Part shown: piece by piece, positions 1-11,600 of the stretch
How positions within the stretch are numbered: the first letter of the stretch is position 1
How the letters are laid out: every line of letters begins with the position of its first letter
Source: Schizochytrium sp. TIO01
Taxonomy: Eukaryota; Protista; Bigyra: Labyrinthulomycetes
Length of the DNA: 64,000 nucleotides
Assembly (NCBI GenBank): GCA_004764695.1
Contig: SMSO01000034.1
Coordinates: 372,001-436,000, forward strand
Direction: 5' to 3'
Program-made: the position numbers and the translations under genes
The notes under the pieces: model-generated
Told to the model about the DNA's origin: nothing
Seen by the model: only the letters and a program-made list of their open reading frames with translations
The model's database searches: none

Positions 1-1162
1 GAGAAGCGCAGAACAAGCAACACTCAAGTTTACGCTGACTCTGCGGTTGAAGAGCTCTGTCGTGCATTCATTCGAGCTGTGGGGCGAATGACAATGCAAT
101 TTCTTGGATTTTGTCTGTTCTTGTGGATTCTCTTGCTTGCGACGGGCGAGGCCTTGGAAACCTTGCAATGCTTACGCCTCATTGAGCGTAGCAGCAGTGG
201 CAGTCTGTGCGGGGATAAGCATGAGCTCCTGCGGGTTGGAAACAAAGTCCAAGGTCGCTGCTGTTTTCATAGCGCGCTGTTTGGAATGGATCATAACTTC
301 AAAGCGATACCTGAACTTCGCGTTCTTTGCTTTTTCGAAAGAAACACCACGAAACTGAAAGTGGTTAGTACACAGTAGGTACTTTCAGTTCCTTTTTTTT
401 TTTTTTTTTCCTTTTTAATTTAAAACAAACTACAGTTAGTAGAATAATTTTAAAATTTAATTTAAGAATCATTCCATCAATTTTTTCCAACTCAGCTGCA
501 TCTTCATGACCAGCTGCAGCTTCATTCTAGCACTGCTCACGCAAAGACCACCGCCAAGCATCAGCCAGATCATCGCATCGTCCGCGCCCGCCACGATAAG
601 CTCGAGCTCAGCCAGGCAAACCGAGCTCGGCTCGTGTGGCATACGTCGGAAACCTTAGCTGGTGTGAGCTGACCATAGGAGGGAGGAGGGAGATTCATAT
701 TTCCAGTCCCGTGAGAACTCGCCGCCAAAAGCCTCAGGAAAGACCGCAGCCAGGCTATCTATTCACTCCTCGCCGCGCTGCCCTGGGGCTTCAGCTCCTC
801 CTGCTCTGAGTCGAGGAATTCGTCGCCGAGCGGGTGGGCGGGCGGCCCTCGGTCCAAGCCCGACCTCCTCAAGTCTCAATCTCAAAATCTCAATCTCAAA
901 AAAAAAAATCAAAGCTGCTCGAGCTATGACACGATATATCATATGATGGGAAGAAAGGCGGCGTCTGTTGGTTTTGCGATTCTGCGATTCTGTCTCTCAC
1001 TCAATTGGTTTCCGGAAGAGTGGGAACGCAATCGTCGCGAGCTTTGGCCAAAAGTTCGAGCAAGGCTTTGCGAAGTCTGCCGCCATCGCGAACCCTTCGC
1101 CTTGGAGCGAATCGGCGTCAGTGGCCAGCTCGCTCCGCTCCACTCTCCTCGTCGACGCTGTT

Positions 1163-1218
1163 TCATTTTCATTTTCATTCTCATTTTCATTCTCATTCGC
1201 ATTCTCATTCTCATTCTC
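1163..1218. repeat. (TTCTCA/TTTTCA)n degenerate hexamer microsatellite
   Basis: Directly visible tandem ttcattttcattttcattctcatt...; it produces the spurious MRMRMR/SFSFSF ORFs. Confidence 0.9.
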
Positions 1219-1537
1219 AAGAACTTGGTTGGTGGCTTTCTTGGACTTTGCGACAGGAATTGTTGCCGCTGCTGCCGCTGCTTTGGTCAGTCAGGTTGAT
1301 GGAGAGAAGCGGCACAAGAACGACCTGGAGAACGGCAGGAAGGAGCTCGAAGCGAGCGAGCACCTGTGCCAAAGACGTTCGCCACCTGTCGATAACGAGG
1401 GCGAAAGGCTGGCACTGAAGATGGATGGTCTCGCGCGGCGTCGTCTACAACGGCAACAGCGACGCGGCAGCGATGACTCTAGAGTTATAAGAGCAGCAGA
1501 AGATGAGAAGCGCTTTGAGCAGCGCAGGTTCGGAGGC

Positions 1538-1776
1538 TCTTGTCTTGTCTTGTCTTGTCTTGTCTTGTCTTGTCTTGTCTTGTCTTGTCTTGTCTTGTCT
1601 TGTCTTGTCTTGTCTTGTCTTGTCTTGTCTTGTCTTGTCTTGTCTTGTCTTGTCTTGTCTTGTCTTGTCTTGTCTTGTCTTGTCTTGTCTTGTCTTGTCT
1701 TGTCTTGTCTTGCCTTGTCTTGTCTTGTCTTGTCTTGTCTTGTCTTGTCTTGTCTTGTCTTGTCTTGTCTTGTCTT
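1538..1776. repeat. (TCTTG)n pentamer microsatellite, ~48 copies
   Basis: Near-perfect array with a single variant unit (tgcct near 1711-1715). Confidence 0.99.
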
Positions 1777-2113
1777 CTGTTCGTTCGCTGCGACGGGGAA
1801 TTCGCAGGGATTTGCGGCGACTCCTTGGGAAAGATTACGATGACTTCCTTCGGGAAGCCTCGCGGTGGAAGCCGCGAAGCGTCATAGGTGGTCTTGTAAA
1901 ATGGAACTCGAAGAGCGGAGTAGGAGTGGACTAGGCGGCGCCTAGGCGCTCGGGGATTTGGGAGCAAAGCAAAGCTGAGGCATCAGCAAACCCCAAACCT
2001 GCGATAGAAGCACAGCACAAGAGCAAGCAAGCAAGCAAGCAAGCGAGCGAAGCGTGACTGAGAGAAAGAAAGCGTCTGTTTTTGAGAAGCGAGAAGAAAG
2101 TCAACCAGTGAAA

Positions 2114-3187
2114 ATGCCCGGCCGTACCGAGAAAGGTCTCTTCGTTGAGGGCCCCGAGTCCAAGTTCAAGCTCAAGGAGTTTGAGCGCCGTGAACTCGGA
2201 CCCAAGGATGTTGATATTGAAATTAAGTACGCCGGTATCTGCGCCTCTGACCTTCACCAAGCCCGCGGCGACTGGGGCAACAGTGACTACAGTGGCCCCG
2301 GTATGTGCCCTGGCCACGAGATTGTAGGCTACGTTCGTGCCGTTGGCCCTGAGGTGACCAAATTCAAGGTCGGCGACAAGGCCGGCATTGGCTGCATGGT
2401 CGACTCTTGCCGCGAGTGCGACGAGTGCAAGGGCGGTGACGAGCAGCTCTGTGACTCTGGCTTTGTCAGCACCTACAACGACAAGTACCGCTACAAGCAC
2501 CACCCCGAAATTGGTGGCCAGACCTTCGGTGGCTACTCCACCGGTATCGTCTGTGACGAGGACTTCTGCCTCCACATCCCTGACAACCTTGACTTTGCCG
2601 CTGCTGCGCCCCTCCTCTGCGCTGGTGTCACCACCTACTCCCCGCTTAAGTACTTCGGCCTTAAATCTGGTCAGACTCTTGGTGTCGCAGGTCTCGGTGG
2701 ACTTGGCCACATGGCCGTCAAGTTTGGTATTGCTATGGGCGCCAAGGTTGTTGTGCTTTCCCGTGGCACCAGCAAGAAGGAGGACGCCCTTAAGCTCGGT
2801 GCTCACGAGTACCTTGATGTTAAGGACGAGGAGGCTTGCAAGAAGGCCTCCAAGTCTATTGACATGATTATTGACACCATCAGCGCCGACCACGATATGA
2901 ACCAGTATCTCAGCTTCACTAAGAGCAACGGCAAACTCATTCTCGTTGGTCTTCCCGGGAAGGCTCTCCCCGTGCACCCGTTCTCCATTGTGGCTGGCCG
3001 CCGTACGCTTGCTGGCAGCATCATTGGCTCTATTAAGGAGACTGCCGAGATGCTCGAGTTCTGTGCTGAGCACAACGTTCTCCCCGAGGTTGAGATGGTC
3101 AAGGCCGACTACGTCGACCAGGCCTACGAGCGCATGCACGCTGCTGATGTGCGTTACCGCTTTGTGATCGATGTGGAGAGCATCTAA
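2114..3187 (+). CDS. Zn-dependent NADP alcohol dehydrogenase (MDR superfamily, cinnamyl-ADH/YahK-like)
   Basis: GICASDLH, GHEIVG, structural Zn CxxCxxC...C (CRECDEC...C), APLLCAG, GLGGLG, C-terminal RYRFVID; strongly biased codon usage. ATG at 2114 (aaaATGccc) preferred over GTG 2054. Confidence 0.96.
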   Translation: MPGRTEKGLFVEGPESKFKLKEFERRELGPKDVDIEIKYAGICASDLHQARGDWGNSDYSGPGMCPGHEIVGYVRAVGPEVTKFKVGDKAGIGCMVDSCRECDECKGGDEQLCDSGFVSTYNDKYRYKHHPEIGGQTFGGYSTGIVCDEDFCLHIPDNLDFAAAAPLLCAGVTTYSPLKYFGLKSGQTLGVAGLGGLGHMAVKFGIAMGAKVVVLSRGTSKKEDALKLGAHEYLDVKDEEACKKASKSIDMIIDTISADHDMNQYLSFTKSNGKLILVGLPGKALPVHPFSIVAGRRTLAGSIIGSIKETAEMLEFCAEHNVLPEVEMVKADYVDQAYERMHAADVRYRFVIDVESI

Positions 3188-4319
3188 ATCTGATATTGTT
3201 TATCAATCAATCAGTGATAGTCCTCGCCACGTATCTTCTCTTTGCCATGTAGTCTTTCCAATTTGCAACCAGGCAAGCATGTCTGTAAATGAACGATATT
3301 AAATCTTCTCTCCAGATACTAGATTTCCTTTCTCCTTGCATGTTATCTGCTCTTCTCTTATTTCTTGTTTTGTCCAACATATCTGTCAGAGGCTCTTTAC
3401 CTCCAGGTAAGATGCGAAAAGGTAAATCTGCTTCATGTACCATTTACAGTCTCAACTCTGCGGTCGGGTGAACGATTCACTTTGAAAGTCTGCAATCAAG
3501 ATTTAGCGGACAGTACCTACTGAGCTCAACGCAATGGACAATCCAACCAGCAGCAACAAACCTAACGCTATTCTATGGTCAAGACGCGCTCCGCCTCTTG
3601 TTCGTATTCGTATTCGTATTCGTATTCACCCCATTCCATCTTAGCCCGAGGCTTTGGCACTCGTCACATTGGCTACGCATCTTCACTTAGAATGAGTTTT
3701 ACAGATTGATCCACCGTCCACAGGTCCGTCCTGGTACTCGTCTCTGCTTTCCCCACGCGTCGCCAATTTACTGCTGCTGCTAGGCACAGTAGGAACCTCA
3801 ATCGCAATGAACCTTCATGCTCCACGTCCTCCGCATTTGGAGAACCGATATTGGTCGCACAGAAGAACGAACCTTACGAGTTAGGCGTTCCTCTTAGCTG
3901 CCAGCGTTTTGCTTCCTGCAAGCCGCTTGCAGACCGTGCTGGCACGCTCTTGGAATCCTCAGGGCCCCTCTCCTGCCATCAACGTTGTCCAAACCTGCCT
4001 GCACGCGTGCCTCCTCTGCCCAAGACCACCCACAGAATCGCCACTCGCACCAGACCCGTGTTCAATATTCACAAGAATGCCGAGCGAATCGGTCGCCAGA
4101 GTTGTACATAACAGCGTCGATCCCACCCCAACTAAAGCCCCAGAGTTAAGAATACACCCGCATACACAAGCGAAGGCAATCTCGTTTATCGCATCCCATT
4201 CGCCGCGATGCCAATGCGATGCAATGCAAGGTCTTCGCAGCACAAGGCCTCGTTGGACGGGCTCTCGTGTCGCTGCTGAGGCGTAGTGATTCAATCTCAC
4301 GCAACCATTGAGAACCACA

Positions 4320-4405
4320 TCGAAGCAAACCACATCGAAGCAAAGCAAAGCAAAGCAAAGCAAAGCAAAGCAAAATGAAAGAAAGCAAAATGAAAGAAAG
4401 GCAAA
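4320..4405. repeat. (CAAAG)n microsatellite with degenerate flanks
   Basis: caaagcaaagcaaag... x6-7 followed by caaaatgaaagaaag units. Confidence 0.9.
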
Positions 4406-5256
4406 CACAATCGTTAAGTACAGAACATGGATATGAAATCATTCACGAGGCGCCCTAGGAAAGTAGAGGATACCCGGTCGAAGACTATCTAAGCGGCCCA
4501 AACCTTCTTCACCATAACCTAGATTCACAAGCTCAAGCCCCTCCATAAACTCACTCATCACGAATTCTTGTGAATTCTGTTTCCTTTTCAATTATCAATC
4601 AATCGCGCGATAATTACTATGATCAGCGTAGCACCGCTTGCACACCGCGGCGAGGGTGCGCAAGAGATCCTGCTCAATCCGACGAGATAAATAACAAAAA
4701 GCAAAGCATGGAAAATGGTAAAACACTGCCAAAGCTGGCCCGATTTTAGAAGACCGCACTCTAACTCGTTTGGGTCAATTTAATGTCACCGAGTCGCGGG
4801 TAGAAACTGTGCAAGAAGCTCGAAGAAGCCCTGAATGCGTGTGCTTGGTAGCAAAGATGAAGGCGATCGATTTGATACTAAGTAGGCTGTATATTTTTTT
4901 AATTATAAAAGTTATTGTTAGTTTCTTGTTAAGAAGAATAGAGAAAAAAAAATGAAATAAAGAATATCGATCGCTGTATTTTGATGAATTCATACTTTCT
5001 CACATACCTCGATTGAGAATTGGTCGGGTGACTGAGCGACGAAGGGGATCCGGTCGAGTATAGATCGAATGCCAGGCCCTGCGTCCTGTCTGACTGACTG
5101 ACCGACTCGTTCCGCTGCCTTCTACGGTCTTGTCCTGGCGGGTTGAGGATCCAAGTCATCCATCTTTCAAGAATTTCTGACATTCGAGCTCAAGCTTCGT
5201 CACTCCTACTCCTACTCCTCCAGACACGGGCTCAGCTCAAATAACATCCGTCAAAC

Positions 5257-7368
5257 ATGAGCAAAGTTGATGATGTCGTACTGGATGCGTCAGCATCGCC
5301 TTCATGGTCTCCGACAACCTTGGCTCCAACGAGCCTGGCACCGACAGCGTCAACGAGCACTCATGAATTTGGCGCTATCAACACCCTTATGCTAGTCATT
5401 CTACTAGCACTATGCGTGCTTGCAGGTTACGTCCTGCAGGAACGGCACTTTAAATACTTGCCTGAGAGTGGCGCATCGCTGCTGCTCGGAGCCGTCGCTG
5501 GTGGAATTATTCGACTTGCGGTCGGCGACGACAACAGTGAGCTGGACCTTCTGCAATTTAGTCCGCTCATTTTCTTTTTTGTTTTACTACCGCCCATTAT
5601 TTTTGAGGCAGGATATACGCTCAAGAAGAAAAGGTTCTTCGCAAACGTCGTGGCCATCGGGCTATACGCCATCGTAGGCACGTTTATCAGTACCTTTACT
5701 GTTGGCTTCTTAACCTACATTGCGGCGCTGATTGGCATTGTAGGTGTGGATAGTTCTTCGCCTTTGCAATCCCTGCTGTTTGGAAGCCTTATTTCGAGTG
5801 TGGACCCTGTGGCCACACTCGCCATTCTTGGCAGCTCAGAGGTAAACTGTGATCCTCTACTTTACTCACTTGTCTTTGGTGAGAGTGTGCTTAACGATGC
5901 AGTGGCAATTGTTCTGTTTCATGTTATGAACTCGTATGCTGTGGAAAGTAAGAGCTTTGCTGGACATGATATCATTGTAGTGATTCTGCGATTCTTTGGC
6001 ATGACTATTGCGTCTGTGCTGATTGGTGTAGGGTGCGGCCTGTTGTGCTCTTTTGTCTTCAAATTTTCCTCGCTTCATAAGTACCATGCGTACGAGATTC
6101 AAATGCTCTTTCTCTTCTCATTTGGCTGCTTCGCACTCTCTGAGCTTTTGGGTATGTCAGGCGTGGTGGCACTCTTTTTTTGCGCACTCACTCTCTCGCA
6201 CTATAACTACTACAACCTTTCGGTGCAGACTAAGATATCTAGTCGTTACGTGTTCGAATCGCTTGCAAAAACATCCGAAACCGTTGTTTTTGTGTATATG
6301 GGTCTCAGTATTTTCATCACCAAGTCAACTTGGGACCCATTCTTCATTCTCTTTGGCACATTTTTCTGCGTCGTGGGCCGTGCTGCAAACATCTTTCCAA
6401 TGACATACCTTGCGAACTTGTGCCGTGCCGAGAAGATCTCACACCGAATGCAGATTTTCATGTTCTTTAGTGGATTGCGAGGAGCTGTGTCTTATGCGCT
6501 TTCGCAGCAGCTCACCACGGACACCGGCTCAGAGCGCTCCATTGAAATTATCCAAACTACAACTTTAGGAATCACCATCATCACTACCTTTATGCTAGGC
6601 GGTACCACATCGCACATGCTCGAGCGACTTGATCTCAAAAGGGACGCTAATGCATCTACTGGCGATGAACTACGAGAAGACTTTACAAACTACCACGAAC
6701 TTCCCGAACACCGTTTATCTGTTTCAAGCGCTGATGAAGATCTCAGCCACCTTGGCCCACGCGCGTTGCGTGTTCGTCGTGTCCGCTCCAAGATTGAAGG
6801 AATGTGGCGTTATTTTGATGAGCAATACATGAAGCGCCTCTTCGGCGGCAAGCGACACCAAAAGAGCCGCATTTCTCCAGAACTTTTTAATGCAATCCAG
6901 GACGGAGACATCAGCCATTTTGTAGTGAATGAGAATGGTTCAATTCATTCTAACGGCAACAATGGCAACAGTACCAGCAGCGCAAGCAACAACAATAACA
7001 ACAGTGCGAACTCCTCTGGCCCTTCTCGAAGGTTTCAGCGGCGACTCAGTACACAGGGCTCGCGTGGCGATGATGCAGGAGCGAGTCTCCTTCTCAATGG
7101 AGCAATGCACGATAACATTCCCACAGAAATGGATGACGACGATAACGACCATCCATTTGTTTCATCGGCTCCATCTGCTTCACGAAATGTTGTACCTATG
7201 CAAATTGGCATGGAAGAGGATGGCTATGATACTGATGTCCTCGGGGGTCGCAGCGTAAATGTCGGTGATGATGATGATGATGATGATGTTGTACGCGTTG
7301 GACACTATGCGGATGAGGACGAGGAACATCTTGAGCGCTTTGGGATGAATGCCCACCACAACCAATAA
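5257..7368 (+). CDS. Na+/H+ exchanger, CPA1 family (NHE8/NHX-like)
   Basis: FFFVLLPPIIFEAG, LFGSLISSVDPVATLAI, LVFGESVLNDAVAIV, SGLRGAVS motifs; many TM helices; disordered acidic C-tail. Confidence 0.96.
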   Translation: MSKVDDVVLDASASPSWSPTTLAPTSLAPTASTSTHEFGAINTLMLVILLALCVLAGYVLQERHFKYLPESGASLLLGAVAGGIIRLAVGDDNSELDLLQFSPLIFFFVLLPPIIFEAGYTLKKKRFFANVVAIGLYAIVGTFISTFTVGFLTYIAALIGIVGVDSSSPLQSLLFGSLISSVDPVATLAILGSSEVNCDPLLYSLVFGESVLNDAVAIVLFHVMNSYAVESKSFAGHDIIVVILRFFGMTIASVLIGVGCGLLCSFVFKFSSLHKYHAYEIQMLFLFSFGCFALSELLGMSGVVALFFCALTLSHYNYYNLSVQTKISSRYVFESLAKTSETVVFVYMGLSIFITKSTWDPFFILFGTFFCVVGRAANIFPMTYLANLCRAEKISHRMQIFMFFSGLRGAVSYALSQQLTTDTGSERSIEIIQTTTLGITIITTFMLGGTTSHMLERLDLKRDANASTGDELREDFTNYHELPEHRLSVSSADEDLSHLGPRALRVRRVRSKIEGMWRYFDEQYMKRLFGGKRHQKSRISPELFNAIQDGDISHFVVNENGSIHSNGNNGNSTSSASNNNNNSANSSGPSRRFQRRLSTQGSRGDDAGASLLLNGAMHDNIPTEMDDDDNDHPFVSSAPSASRNVVPMQIGMEEDGYDTDVLGGRSVNVGDDDDDDDVVRVGHYADEDEEHLERFGMNAHHNQ

Positions 7369-8686
7369 ATATGCGCCAATGTTAAGATAATGTGTTTGAA
7401 ATGTTAGTAGTATTCCTCCGTCTCATCGCATAAGCATCTGACTGAATGGGATATTGGAGAATGCCCATCATGAGATTATTTTGTGACACGCATTTACAAG
7501 GTTTTCATCTCCTCCAAGAAATGTGCTATGGCGGCCACGAAAGGCTCATTCGCACGCGAAAGATTCAGAAAAAATAATATTTATCATATCGGTTTAAAAT
7601 GCGAAAAGCATGGTGCTTTTATTAGTCTTGTCTTCTCTCTTTTCATGCGTCCTCCTCAGGAATGGAAAAACCGACCTCCATAAAGTTAGAACTATTTTAA
7701 AAAGTAAGCTAATGCATTAACACTCTTCTAAAATATTATTAGAAAACCTTGTCTTTCTGATTTTGCAAGAGTTTAGTCTTTGAATTCCGTAATGAAAATG
7801 AAGTCGTATCTTTCTATTCCCGACCGTGAACACGGTTAGAATCAGTATTCGCTGACGAAAAAAAATCGATAATTTTCTCCCCTTTATTTAAGAAAAGAAG
7901 AAACAAAAATTGTCTTATAAATTAAAAGACATGAATTGGCGTACTAATGAATTCACTTGCGAGCCACACATCGACATATAGCAACAGTAGGATCCAAGGG
8001 AGATCGCTGCATTTTTCCTTCAATGATACCATCCCCCCAAAAAAATCCTTGCATTTTGTTTTGGGGAACAGTAAGCAAATTGGCCTTGCAGAAACAACTG
8101 AAATATTGTTTCAAATGACATAATTATGAATTAAATTTTATCGCCAAATACAGCGTACACAAATCAGGAGCTTGACTAATATTTCAGAACATGTACACAT
8201 AAACAGAACAAATTGTCTTGTGGTCAGGATTGCACATATCGTAAAATTGGTAGTCGTGTCGATTATATATTCTTTAAACAGTGCTCGGTGTTTGCATTGT
8301 TTGTCTTTGTTCATTGAATGAGTTTTCATCATTGCCACCAAAATCATAAGCAGCAGCAAGGACATCACGATAGGTCCTCAAAGCAGCCTGAAAATAGAAC
8401 ACAATGAGGCCTTGTTAGGAGAAGAAAATATGACTGAATCTACTTTCCTACATCCCTGATAGAACAGAAAGAAGAAGCAAAAGGCGAAGAATGAGTGAGG
8501 TTGCAAAAAGACGAGTTCGCTTGCTTTTCTTTATTATCTAAGGGAATCCCACCTGCAAAGTACAAACAGGCGAGCTTTATATACGTATTATATGCCACAA
8601 TGCCCTTAGATTTATGCGATGTTATTCCTTCCATTACATGCGATCAGAGGAAAGGAACAAATAGGATTCAGGGTAAAGCTAAAATA

Positions 8687-11600
8687 TCACGGTGCACGAG
8701 GAGATGGAGGTGGTACGCTAACATCACGGGCTTCTTGCACCAGAATGCGGAGACCGCGAATAATTTTATCGCGCTCAACTTGCGAATCAACCTCAATGTT
8801 CACTATGAGGGACTGGGCAGAGGAGACAAGCGTGAAGCAGCAAGTCTGCCGCGGGTGGGGCATACGCAAAAGAGTGCCTTCAACAGCGTCTTCACCAAGA
8901 CGAACAACGTCAATGTCGACAAGGGAGATTGCACCACATCCGGAGTCGTCTGTGTTAAAGTTGCCAGTCGGGGAACCCCAAGTGATGTTTTGAAAGCCTT
9001 GATCTGAAAGGAAACGCCTCCACATTGGTTTACGCGATCTAAAGCTGCCACTTTCGTAAAATACAGCCTCAGGGTGCAACATGGCAACAAATCCGCCCTC
9101 AAACAGCCGGCGAATATCCAAACTTGTGTTATAGTCTGTGCGCAAGCTCGGTGTAGCGAGAACGTTATATGCCTTTTCTAGGAGATTGAAGGCCTCCATG
9201 TCAGGATCCGGGTTGACATCGGGGTGAAATTTTGCTGCTTTGGCCTCGTAAGCGGCTGTAATATCTGCAAGCGGGGCACGCTTAGGAACCCCAAGGACGC
9301 GGTAGAGCGTCATATTTCCTGAAGCAAGCTGGGATGCAGTGCGCCCTTGCCCCTTATTCATCAGAGGAGCCTCAGAAATAGCATCTTCAAGACAGTCAAT
9401 CCACGTGCTCATGACCTGAGGACTCTCAGCGCAGAGCTGGTAAATGCGATCCGGAGTGCGAAGAACAAACTTGCATCCGCGTTGGTCAAGATCATTTTGC
9501 GGTGCATAGACCTGGATGTATCGGAGATCCAGTACTGCACGAGGCGCACGGCTCGAAGACGAGCGAAAGTAGAGGAGTTTGGTCGTTGTCAGAACGAACC
9601 AGCGACGAGACCAGCGCGCCCAGTATGGTTTGTTAGCGATATTTTTGGGTGCCTTTTGTAGAAACCCGTTAAGAATCACACGTGCTTTCGGCATGTTATC
9701 CTCTACTTCATCCTCGTTTCCCTCGCCATTGACAGCGCTTACAGCACCTTCAACATCCTGACCACCCTTGCGACGTTGCTCTTGCGCAAAGTCTTCATCA
9801 TCGTCCTCCTCTTCGATCATGCCAGGGGTCGTGGGCAATTCTGCTTCACGAGCATTTTCGGCTTCGATTTGCGAAAGACGCGATGCGGCAGAGTCTCTGC
9901 GAGATCCACTGTAGGGAGATTTATGGTTACCGCGAACAAACTCAAAGGCGTCTTCCTTGGTATAGATGCCTGGGCTATCATCCCTCAGGTCAGCTTCTGT
10001 TGCTGCATGCACATCAATCTCCTCCATCTCATCTTCGTCTTCTTCTTCATACGAGTACGACCGAGCATTGTAACTCTTTGGGATGGAACGCCGGGGTTTG
10101 GTGTCTCGCATAGCCGACCGCCGGTACTCCGCCTCTTCTTCGGGTTGGAATTGGCGTTGAGCCTCCTTTTCTAGAGCGAGTTTTTGCTGCAGTTGCAGCG
10201 CCTGGCGTTGTTCCTGCATTTGCTTTTGTTGCTCCGTGTACATGCGTTTGAGCTCCATGGTTTGTTTCAAAACCTTCTGCGTGGCACCGGCAACGCGAGC
10301 AACCTCGCTGTGGATCTGAAGTGCCTCATCACGAAGCGCCGCAGCTTCAACTTCCGAGAGACTTTTGTTGTTGCTTGCGTTTACAGCAGGATTCTCTTGG
10401 TCAGACGATTTGACTTCCCCTTCTTCTTCTTCTTCTTCTGTCCGGTTTTTGCGTTCGCTTTCTTCATACAGTTGCTTAAAGGTTTCTAAGAGCTCACGGA
10501 GATGTTTGACTTCGTCAGCCTGGCCTAGGCTCTCGTCACGAAGGAATCGGCATTCCTCGGCAAGCGCGAGAGTGCCCTGCTCGTACTGTTCGCGAAGGTC
10601 TGCTGCCTCAGAGGAAAGGGCCTGACAGCGTTTTGCAAGAGCCCGCATTTCCTCCATGGTACCAGGGTCGATGGTGGCTGGTGCTGCCTGCCGCTGCTCC
10701 ATTGCACGTGAAAGCTCTTCGCTAGAGACGCCGCCCTTGCGGGCAAGTAGGGCTTGGTATTTGTCTTCTGATTCTTGTGCCAAGTTACGAGCCTGGATCT
10801 CGTCACTTTGAGCTTTGGTAAGCGCAGTTTGAAGACGTGCGATCTCAAGAATACGAGTATCCATGTCGGCTTGGAGTTCGTTGAGTTCATAACGTGCCAT
10901 TTGTAATTCCCTAGCATCGCGATCTTCACGCTCGCGCATTGCATCCTGCAGCTCGCGCTCCCTGCGCAAGAGACGCTCATTAAGCGAGACTATTTCTTTC
11001 TGTGAGTCTAGGTCTAGTTGTCCTCTATTGGCCAGGTCTTGCCTCAGTTTTGACGCTTCTGCTCGTGCAAGATGCAGTTCATCTGTTAGCGCAGTGATTC
11101 GCTCAGCTTGCTGCATGATCGTCTGTGCTTGTGCCTCTTCGATTGCGCTGGTGGTTTCATTTTCATTTTCGTCATCGTTATCATTGGCATCAGCACTGCT
11201 TGTGCGTTGAGATTTGGCCTTGCTGCTCCTGTGGCCCTCATTGCTCTCACTTTCGCCGTCCCCGTCTAATGAGTGTGCGTTCTCGTCGGCATTTTCGTCT
11301 CCAGTCTTGGATGTCGCTGAGGATGTCGTGGAACCAATCGACCTCACAGACATTGCTCTTGCTATTTGTTGCTGCATCGTCGGCGACGGGGGTGTGGCTA
11401 GAGCCCTCGCTGCTTCCTCTTCTGCAGCCTTTTGCTTGAACTCCAAAATAGATCTTTCCCTGAGCGTGACCTCTGTCTGAAGTCTGATAATTTCCAACAT
11501 CTGCTCCTCCACCTTCTGCTGGAGCACATCTTCAACCTCACGTGCTTGATCTTTTGCCTGAGCTTGCGCTTGATGTGCCTGTTGCATTTGTTGAATTTCC

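Noticed and set aside
1-375. Minus-strand TACTAAC...TTTCAG acceptor followed by a mostly open frame
   Set aside because: In-frame TAA after ~60 codons, no recognisable motif and truncated by the window edge; cannot support a gene.
939-1967. ORFs with (CLVLS)n, (QDKTR)n, (SF)n and (MR)n repeats
   Set aside because: Produced by stop-free microsatellites; no coding evidence.
1931-3139. 402-aa antisense ORF over the ADH
   Set aside because: Shadow ORF arising from strong codon bias on the sense strand.
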